From Candidatus Woesearchaeota archaeon (lineage in GTDB: Archaea > Nanobdellota > Nanobdellia > SCGC-AAA011-G17 > PNOQ01), in assembly GCA_964617925.1 (NCBI GenBank), contig CAZTYO010000001.1, positions 1-60,771 of the forward strand: 60,771 nucleotides of DNA. Reading direction: 5' to 3'. The translations under genes were made by a program, and so were the position numbers. Positions within the stretch are counted from its first letter, which is position 1. Each line of letters begins with the position of its first letter. The notes under the pieces were generated by a model. That model was given only the letters and a program-made list of their open reading frames with translations. It was not told the DNA's origin and searched no databases. Shown in pieces: positions 54,181-60,771 of this stretch.

Positions 54181-54254
54181 TGGGGCGAGAGGGATTTGAA
54201 CCCCCGACACCTAGATCTTCAGTCTAGTGCTCTCCCAGGCTGAGCTACCGCCCC
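54181..54254 (-). tRNA. tRNA-Phe (anticodon GAA)
   Basis: The reverse complement is GGGGCGGTAGCTCAGCCTGGGAGAGCACTAGACTGAAGATCTAGGTGTCGGGGGTTCAAATCCCTCTCGCCCCA. It folds as a cloverleaf: 7-bp acceptor stem, GCTC/GAGC D stem, CTAGA/TCTAG anticodon stem with loop CTGAAGA, and a TTCAAAT T-loop. CCA is not encoded. Confidence 0.9.
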
Positions 54255-54282
54255 ATTATGGGTTTGAGTATCTAAAAGTTGT

Positions 54283-54290
54283 TATTTAAA
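54283..54290 (-). promoter_or_regulatory. TATA-like box for tRNA-Phe
   Basis: On the minus strand, TTTAAATA ends 28 nt upstream of tRNA position 1. Confidence 0.45.
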
Positions 54291-54376
54291 TCTTTCTACA
54301 TTTACTAATTTTTCTTTATTTCTTTTATATAGTCTATAAATCTTTAAAAATGATGGATAGTTCTTTTATTTTAATA

Positions 54377-55195
54377 ATGTCTTTAAATGAAATTGTATTT
54401 TTGGGAACAGGAGGTGATCGTTTTTCTGTTGGACGTCAAATGAGATCTTCCGGAGGAATAGTTTTACGAATTAGTGGTATTCAATTTCATTTAGATCCTG
54501 GACCAGGTTCTTTAGTTAAAGCAAAAGATTATGGGATAAATCCAAGAGAGACTAACGTTTTATTGGCTAGCCATAATGGTCTTATCCATTGTAACGATAT
54601 TAATGTTATGATTGATGCTATGACTCATTCCGGACTTGATAAGTCAGGTATTCTATTGGCTAGTAGATCAATTATTTATGGAGATGAAAAAGTTAAACCT
54701 TATTTGACTAAAATGCATAGGAGATATGTTGAAAGATATGTTCCTCTTGATGCAGGACATACAGTGAAATTTAATAATAATATTAAAATTACTGCATTAA
54801 AAACACAAAGTAATGACTCTACTGGAGTTGGTTTTAAATTTGTCAATGATAAATTTTCTGTTGGTTATACTTCTGATACTGGATATTTTCCTGAATTGGC
54901 AGAAGATTTGAAAGGTAGCGATGTGTTGATATTGAATATAGTTATGCCTTTTGGACATACTTCTGAAGATTATTTGTCTTCTGATGATGCAATTAAGTTA
55001 ATTAGAGAAATTAGACCACGGTTGGCAATTCTTACTCATTTTGGACAAAAAATGTTAGAACAGGATCCTATTTATCAAGCAAGGAAAATTCAAAGAAAAA
55101 CCAATGTTCAAACTATTGCTGCAAGGGATGGAATGGCAGTTGATCCAATTACTTATGTTGCTACAAAAGATAGAAAGACCATGAATTTTTATTAA
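54377..55195 (+). CDS. metallo-beta-lactamase-fold protein with degenerate metal motif
   Basis: IVFLGTGG start and HFG near the C-terminus fit the MBL fold. SHNGLIHCND stands where HxHxDH is expected. I prefer the ATG at 54377 to 54350. Confidence 0.5.
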   Translation: MSLNEIVFLGTGGDRFSVGRQMRSSGGIVLRISGIQFHLDPGPGSLVKAKDYGINPRETNVLLASHNGLIHCNDINVMIDAMTHSGLDKSGILLASRSIIYGDEKVKPYLTKMHRRYVERYVPLDAGHTVKFNNNIKITALKTQSNDSTGVGFKFVNDKFSVGYTSDTGYFPELAEDLKGSDVLILNIVMPFGHTSEDYLSSDDAIKLIREIRPRLAILTHFGQKMLEQDPIYQARKIQRKTNVQTIAARDGMAVDPITYVATKDRKTMNFY

Positions 55196-55232
55196 AGAAA
55201 GGTTTAAATATTTCCCTTTAAGAATTACTTCT

Positions 55233-57596
55233 ATGGAACTTGCAAAAAAGTATGATTCTAAGGTTGCTGAAGAAAAGTTAGAAAAATATTGGAAAGATAA
55301 AGAAATCTATAACTTTGATGCTAAATCTAAAAAACCCATATTTTCTATAGATACTCCCCCTCCATATGTTTCTGCTTCTCATCTGCACGTTGGCCATGCA
55401 ATGCATTATTCACAATTTGAATTTATTGCTAGATACAAAAGAATGAAAGGGTTTAACGTTTTTTTCCCAATGGGTTTTGATGACAATGGGTTACCCACTG
55501 AAAGATTTGTTGAAAAAATACATAATGTGAATAAATCTAGAATTTCTAGAAAAGAGTTTACTAAATTATGTTTATCTGAAACTAAAAAAGGAATTGAGAA
55601 TTATAAAAATTTGTGGGATTCGCTTGGAATAAGTGTTGATTGGGATCTTACATATTCTACAATTGATTCACGTTCTACTCTTGTTGCTCAAAAATCTTTT
55701 ATTGATCTATATAAAAAAGGATTTCTTAAAAGAACTGACATTCCCATTATTTGGGATGTTAAATTACAAACTAGTTTGGCTCAAGCAGATTTAGAAGATG
55801 TTGAAAAATCATCTCATTTTAATGATTTGATTTTTAAATGTGGTGATGAAAATTTAATAATTTCTACTACTCGTCCAGAATTGTTATCTGCTTGTGTTGG
55901 GTTATTTTATAATCCTAAGGATAAAAAATATAAAAAATTCAAAGGAAAAAAGGCCATTGTTCCGCTTTTTAATTATGAAGTTCCAATTTTAGAAGATGAA
56001 TCGGTTGAAATTGATAAGGGGACTGGTTTGATGATGGTTTGTACTTTTGGTGATAAAGAAGATATTGAGAAATGGGCCAAATATAAGTTAGATCTTAGAA
56101 TTTCAATTACTGAAGATGGCAAGATGAATGATTTTGCAGAGAAATATTCTGGATTGAAAATAAAAGAAGCTAGAGATAGAATAATTGAAAATTTGAAAGA
56201 AAATAAACTATTAACAAATCAAGAAAAAATTACTCATGTTGTAAATGTTAGTGAAAGGTCTGGTGCTGAAATTGAATTTTTGAAAATTCCACAATGGGTA
56301 ATAAATGTGTTAGATTATAAAACTAAATTAATTAAACAAGGAAATAAAGTTAATTGGCATCCAGAATTTATGAAAACTAGGTATGAACATTGGGTTGAAA
56401 ATTTACAATGGGATTGGGTTATATCTAGACAAAGATTTTATGGAGTTCCATTTCCGGTTTGGTATGATAAAAAAACTGGAAAAGTAGTTCTTCCAAAATT
56501 AAGTGAATTACCAATTGATCCTAGAGATGGAAGTGTTCCTGAAGGATATAAGAAAGAAGATTTAATTCCTGAGATGGATGTTATGGATACTTGGATGACT
56601 TCTTCTGTAACTACAAAAATAAATGATGCTTATAATAAAACTAAATTGTTGCCAATGTCATTAAGACCACAAGCACATGATATAATTAGAACTTGGGCAT
56701 TTTATAGTATTGTAAAATCTTATTATCATGATAAAGAAGTTCCTTGGAAAGATATTATTATTTCTGGACATGGACTTGGTTCGAATGGAAAAAAGATGAG
56801 TAAATCTCTTGGAAATTTTGTTGAACCCTCCCAAGTTCTTGAAAAATATGGGGCAGATGCTTTAAGATTCTGGTCTTCTGGAGCGCATTTGGGAAGAGAT
56901 TTATCTTACAGGGAAGAAGATGTTAGGGCAGGATTGAAAACAATAACTAAATTATGGAATGCTTCCAAATTTTCTTTTATGCATTTGAAAGACTTTGATT
57001 ATAAAAAAGTTAACTTAACTGATCTAGATAATGGGATTTTATCTAAGTTTAATAATTTAATTAAAGAAGCCACTGAATCTTTTGATAAATATGAATATTC
57101 AAAATCTAGATTATTAACTGATTCATTTTTCTGGACACAATTTTGTGATAATTATTTAGAAGTTTCTAAGGATAGGTTGTATAATCCAGATAAGAGGGGA
57201 GAAGAAGAAAAGAAAAGTGCACAATATACTCTTTATTATTTGCTTAATGGAATATTAAAATTGTTTGCACCCATTATGCCATTTATTACTGAGGAATTAT
57301 ATCTTGCTTCATTTGCAGATATTGAAAAAGTTGAAAGTATTCATGTTTCAAAATGGCCAAAATATGATAAAAAATTAGATGATCCTATTTCTGAAAAAAT
57401 ATGGGATAATTTCATTGCTGTTTTAACAGAAGTTAGACAAACAAAAGCAAAATATAGTAAATCCTTGAAAACAGAAATTGATTTAGTATTAAAGAAAGAA
57501 GATGAATCTTTATTAAGGAGTAGTATTGAAGATTTAAAGGCAGTTACTTGTGCTAAGTCAGTTGATTCTGGTACAAAATTAAAAATTTTATTTTAA
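55233..57596 (+). CDS. valS: valyl-tRNA synthetase (class Ia)
   Basis: IDTPPPYVSASHLHVGHA (HIGH), an editing-domain insertion, WDWVISRQRFYGVPFPVWY and KMSKSLGN. 787 aa. Confidence 0.75.
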   Translation: MELAKKYDSKVAEEKLEKYWKDKEIYNFDAKSKKPIFSIDTPPPYVSASHLHVGHAMHYSQFEFIARYKRMKGFNVFFPMGFDDNGLPTERFVEKIHNVNKSRISRKEFTKLCLSETKKGIENYKNLWDSLGISVDWDLTYSTIDSRSTLVAQKSFIDLYKKGFLKRTDIPIIWDVKLQTSLAQADLEDVEKSSHFNDLIFKCGDENLIISTTRPELLSACVGLFYNPKDKKYKKFKGKKAIVPLFNYEVPILEDESVEIDKGTGLMMVCTFGDKEDIEKWAKYKLDLRISITEDGKMNDFAEKYSGLKIKEARDRIIENLKENKLLTNQEKITHVVNVSERSGAEIEFLKIPQWVINVLDYKTKLIKQGNKVNWHPEFMKTRYEHWVENLQWDWVISRQRFYGVPFPVWYDKKTGKVVLPKLSELPIDPRDGSVPEGYKKEDLIPEMDVMDTWMTSSVTTKINDAYNKTKLLPMSLRPQAHDIIRTWAFYSIVKSYYHDKEVPWKDIIISGHGLGSNGKKMSKSLGNFVEPSQVLEKYGADALRFWSSGAHLGRDLSYREEDVRAGLKTITKLWNASKFSFMHLKDFDYKKVNLTDLDNGILSKFNNLIKEATESFDKYEYSKSRLLTDSFFWTQFCDNYLEVSKDRLYNPDKRGEEEKKSAQYTLYYLLNGILKLFAPIMPFITEELYLASFADIEKVESIHVSKWPKYDKKLDDPISEKIWDNFIAVLTEVRQTKAKYSKSLKTEIDLVLKKEDESLLRSSIEDLKAVTCAKSVDSGTKLKILF

Positions 57597-57597
57597 A

Positions 57598-58686
57598 ATG
57601 GATATTAAAGAAAAGTTAGAATTGAAAAAATTTGTAAATCATCTGGATTCTATTAGGGGCAGACATACAGAATTAGTTTCTGTGTATATCCCTTCAGGAT
57701 ACAATATTCACAAAATTATTGAACACCTTTCACAAGAACAACATACTGCTTCAAATATTAAAGATGCAAGAACTAGAAAAAATGTTATAGATAGTCTTGA
57801 AAAAGCAATTAGGCAATTAAAATTATATAAAAAAACTCCCGAAAATGGATTAGCAATTTTTGCAGGAAATACTTCTACTAATGAAAGTAAGATTAATATT
57901 GAAGTTTTTAGTATAGAGCCCGTTCAACCCTTACAAACTAGAATTTATAGGTGTGATCAAACTTTTGTTACTAGTATTCTTAAAGATATGATGGAGCATA
58001 AAGAAACTTATGGTTTACTTGTTGTTGATAGGCGTGAAGGCAATGTTGGATTATTGAAGGGAACTGCGATAATTGAGTTGGCCAGTTTTACTTCTAATGT
58101 TCCAGGTAAAACAACAAAAGGTGGTCAAAGTCAGCAAAGGTATGCAAGACTCAGGGAAGAAGCAATGCATGAATTTTTTAAGAGAATTGCGGTTGCAGTT
58201 AATAAAGAATTTCTTGAGATGAAATCTTTGAAAGGAATACTTGTTGGTGGTCCCGGTCCAACTAAAGAATATTTTATTGATGGAGATTATATGGACAATA
58301 GGATTAAAACTAAAATAAAAAGTGTCCAGGATCTTAGTTATACTGGTGAATTTGGATTAAATGAACTTGTTGACAAAAGTCATGAAACTTTGGCTAAGGA
58401 AGATATAATAGAAGAAAAAAAGATTATGGAAGATTTCTTTTCTGAATTAGCTAAAGGTTCAAAAAAAGTTGTTTATGGTGAAGAAAATGTTAAAATGATG
58501 CTTGACCGTGCAGCAGTTGAGAAAATTCTTATTTCTGAAAAAACAGAACAAAAACTTATTGATGAATTGGAAAAAGGTGCTGCAGATACTGGTGCAGATA
58601 TAAAAGTTATTTCAGTTGATACTGAAGAAGGTCAACAATTAAAAGAAATTGGAATGGTTGCTGCTTTCTTAAGGTATGCAATTTAG
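57598..58686 (+). CDS. prf1: peptide chain release factor aRF1
   Basis: GGQSQQR (GGQ loop), TASNIKD (NIKS-loop variant) and RIYRCD (YxCxxxF region). Confidence 0.85.
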   Translation: MDIKEKLELKKFVNHLDSIRGRHTELVSVYIPSGYNIHKIIEHLSQEQHTASNIKDARTRKNVIDSLEKAIRQLKLYKKTPENGLAIFAGNTSTNESKINIEVFSIEPVQPLQTRIYRCDQTFVTSILKDMMEHKETYGLLVVDRREGNVGLLKGTAIIELASFTSNVPGKTTKGGQSQQRYARLREEAMHEFFKRIAVAVNKEFLEMKSLKGILVGGPGPTKEYFIDGDYMDNRIKTKIKSVQDLSYTGEFGLNELVDKSHETLAKEDIIEEKKIMEDFFSELAKGSKKVVYGEENVKMMLDRAAVEKILISEKTEQKLIDELEKGAADTGADIKVISVDTEEGQQLKEIGMVAAFLRYAI

Positions 58687-58722
58687 TAAGTTATTTAAAT
58701 TCTTTATGTTTTATTTCTTGAT

Positions 58723-59343
58723 ATGTCTGAAGATAAGAAAAAAATAGAGGCGATACTTTTTACTACTGGAAGATTCTTGAAACTTGATGATATTAGTAGA
58801 ATGTGTGGTATTGGAAGTGTTGGATATCTTAAAACATTATTAAATGAGATAAAAGAAGAATATGCTAAAAGGGAGACTGCCCTAGATATTGTTGAAGATG
58901 GAGGAAGATGGAAATTAAATATTAGAAAAGAATTTTTACATCTTACTGAAAAATTATTAGATGATGCAGAACTTGATTTACCAACTCAGAAAACTCTTGC
59001 AGTAGTTGCGTATAAACAACCTGCTATTCAATGTGATGTTGTTTCTATTCGTGGAAATAAGTCATATGATCATATTAGAAAATTAAAAGAAGAAGGGTTT
59101 GTTACTTCAGAAAGATTTGGTAGGACTAAGTTGTTAAAATTGAGTCAAAAGTTCTATGATTATTTTGATGTTGTTCAAGATGAACTTAAATCTAAATTTA
59201 TGAATAATCCTGAATCTAATGTTGAATTAACTGAGAAGGTTGAAACTGTTTCTAAATCTGAAGAAGTTATTGAAAAAGAGAGCGAAATTGTTTCTGAACC
59301 TGAACTTGAGGCTGAAATTGAAAATGAAATTGAAGATTCATAA
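58723..59343 (+). CDS. scpB: segregation and condensation protein B (ScpB)-like
   Basis: KKIEAILFTTGRFLKLDDISRMCG, then a second wHTH (LAVVAYKQPAIQCDVVSIRG...LKEEGFV), and an acidic tail. Confidence 0.65.
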   Translation: MSEDKKKIEAILFTTGRFLKLDDISRMCGIGSVGYLKTLLNEIKEEYAKRETALDIVEDGGRWKLNIRKEFLHLTEKLLDDAELDLPTQKTLAVVAYKQPAIQCDVVSIRGNKSYDHIRKLKEEGFVTSERFGRTKLLKLSQKFYDYFDVVQDELKSKFMNNPESNVELTEKVETVSKSEEVIEKESEIVSEPELEAEIENEIEDS

Positions 59344-60697
59344 GTTTTTTAGGGAACATAAATTTATTTTATACATTCTTATTTTATCTGCTATATTGCG
59401 ATTGATTTTTTTTAGTAGGTTTAGCGGTATCTGGTGGGATTCGGCAGTCTATATTGGAATGGCCAAGAGTATGTTTGGAACTTTTGGTTTTTGGGAGTTT
59501 CTTAGGCCAATTGGTTGGCCATTTATCCTTGGATTATTGTGGAAATTAAATTTAGATGTTGTTTTTTTTGGTAGGTTGCTTGAAGTTTTTTGTAGTTTTG
59601 GGATTGTTTATTTAGTTTATTTAATTGGAAAAAAAATATTCGATAAAAAAATCGCATTATTTGCAAGTTTTATTTTATCTCTTAATGCAATTTTTTTCTT
59701 TTTAGGATTTAGGTTGTATTCTAGTGTTCCGGCGTCATTTTTTATTTTACTTGCATATTATTTGGTTTTAATTGATGGGAAATTTAGAAGTTTTTTTATT
59801 GCTGGTATCTCTGCAGGTCTTGCTATGTTAATCCGGTATCCTGTTGCATTTTTAGTTGTTCCACTTTGTTTAAAACTTGGTTGGAATGTTCTTAAGAGGA
59901 GATCAAAATCTGTTCAAAAATTCTTTATTTTTAATTTAACTTCACTTTCTTTGTTTGGTATTTATTTATATTATAATTATATTAAGTTTGGCGATGCATT
60001 TATTTCTTTAAAGGCGGGTCTTTCTTCGATTTCAACAAATCATGGTGTGCCAATTATTATTATGAATTATCCCTTGTTTTATTTGGTCTTTTTATTCTTA
60101 TTCTTGAATTTTCTTATAGTTTTTCTAGGAATTGGGTTGTATAAACTGATTAAACAAATGAATGAGAAAAAATTCTTTTTTATTTTATTGCCCCTTATTC
60201 TTTTTGGAGGGTTCCTTCAATTATTTGTTTCAATGAGGGAAGAAAGATATGTTGTTCCCATCTTGTTTGTTCTATGTTTGATTGTAGGAGTTGGATTTGT
60301 TGATTTTAAGTTTAAGAAACTTAAATATATTTTATTGAGCCTTTATGTGGTTGTTTCTTTTATCTTGTTTAGTTTTATGCCTTATGCTGTAGGTCCGCAG
60401 CCCTTTTATGCAGAATCAGATGTTCTAGAAATGTTAAAATTATGTCCTAAGGAAGCAAGAGTTGCTAGTTCTAGTCCTTTGGCTGCAGTTCATTGGGACA
60501 ATGTTCAACCTTATTATGGGGAGTGGACAACTCCACAGATTAAAAATCATGTCGAAGATATTGAATGTATTTTTTATTCTTCTTGCGATTATTCTGGAGA
60601 GTTTCCATTTAGTTATTTTGAAAATTATTATGATTTAAATTCTTTTAGTGATGAAGAATGGTGTAAAGAATATGTGTTGGTGAAGAAAAATGAGTAA
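59324..60697 (+). CDS. GT-C fold membrane glycosyltransferase (ArnT/PMT_2-like)
   Basis: About 11 TM helices, with a first-loop WWDSAVYIGMAKSM motif region. Start placed at the ATG at 59324 (the track used an upstream TTG inside scpB). Confidence 0.5.
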   Translation: MKLKIHKFFREHKFILYILILSAILRLIFFSRFSGIWWDSAVYIGMAKSMFGTFGFWEFLRPIGWPFILGLLWKLNLDVVFFGRLLEVFCSFGIVYLVYLIGKKIFDKKIALFASFILSLNAIFFFLGFRLYSSVPASFFILLAYYLVLIDGKFRSFFIAGISAGLAMLIRYPVAFLVVPLCLKLGWNVLKRRSKSVQKFFIFNLTSLSLFGIYLYYNYIKFGDAFISLKAGLSSISTNHGVPIIIMNYPLFYLVFLFLFLNFLIVFLGIGLYKLIKQMNEKKFFFILLPLILFGGFLQLFVSMREERYVVPILFVLCLIVGVGFVDFKFKKLKYILLSLYVVVSFILFSFMPYAVGPQPFYAESDVLEMLKLCPKEARVASSSPLAAVHWDNVQPYYGEWTTPQIKNHVEDIECIFYSSCDYSGEFPFSYFENYYDLNSFSDEEWCKEYVLVKKNE

Positions 60698-60771
60698 GAT
60701 TTCAGTATTAATACCGGCATATAACGAAGAAGAACGAATAGTTTCTAGTTTAGAAAAAATTTCTAAATTTT
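60690..60771 (+). CDS. glycosyltransferase family 2, N-terminal fragment (runs off window)
   Basis: MSKISVLIPAYNEEERI is the typical GT2 start. Overlaps the upstream stop by 8 nt. Confidence 0.6.
   Translation, partial: MSKISVLIPAYNEEERIVSSLEKISKF

Noticed and set aside
57598-58686. Genetic-code change implied by the NIKD variant of aRF1
   Set aside because: TAA, TAG and TGA all terminate well-supported genes at expected lengths in this window. No conserved protein shows an in-frame stop.
1-60771. CRISPR array, rRNA genes, transposases or integrases
   Set aside because: I saw no regularly spaced direct repeats, no rRNA-like stretches and no DDE or tyrosine-recombinase motifs in any frame I read. 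All non-coding gaps are under 250 nt.

Overview
The window is a visibly AT-rich, very tightly packed archaeal chromosome segment. There are many 1-20 nt start/stop overlaps and few gaps over 150 nt. The gene set is unmistakably archaeal: PAN, Hef, RPA, RadA, Hjc, Gins51, aIF2-alpha, Nop10, Cbf5, aEF-1beta, aRF1, EndA and RNase Z. It also includes r-proteins L44e/S27e/L31e/L39e/S19e, Lys/Cys/Val-tRNA synthetases and a tRNA-Phe. The compactness, the AT bias and the many Cys-rich surface proteins suggest a small-genome, DPANN-like episymbiotic archaeon. That is an inference, not something I can verify here. The main accessory content is a type IV pilus-like system spread over about 7.9-29.9 kb. 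It comprises three tandem paralogous 4-TM proteins and two divergently transcribed coiled-coil proteins. It continues with a long-form GspE/FlaI-type ATPase, a 708-aa FlaJ/TadC-like platform protein and 11 downstream small exported proteins. Three of these are micro-ORFs missing from the ORF track, and one has a lytic-transglycosylase-like motif set. An A24-type prepilin peptidase and a second cluster of secreted or lipobox proteins complete it. Eight proteins share an [N/D]KK[G/A]-hydrophobic class III signal. The pilus operon runs without a break into RPA, a YdjM-like hydrolase, a small possible ssDNA-binding protein and RadA. Further candidate host- or surface-interaction genes are an M64-like protease, a Zn-PLC-like protein and a double lamin-tail-domain protein. 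Two surface proteins have Cys-rich stalks, one with an alpha/alpha-toroid-like ectodomain, and there is a satellite pilin locus. I added four conserved small genes absent from the track (Nop10, L39e, a DUF1931-like histone-fold protein, tRNA-Phe). I saw no CRISPR array, rRNA, transposase or integrase. All family assignments come from motif recognition by eye and need HMM or structure confirmation.
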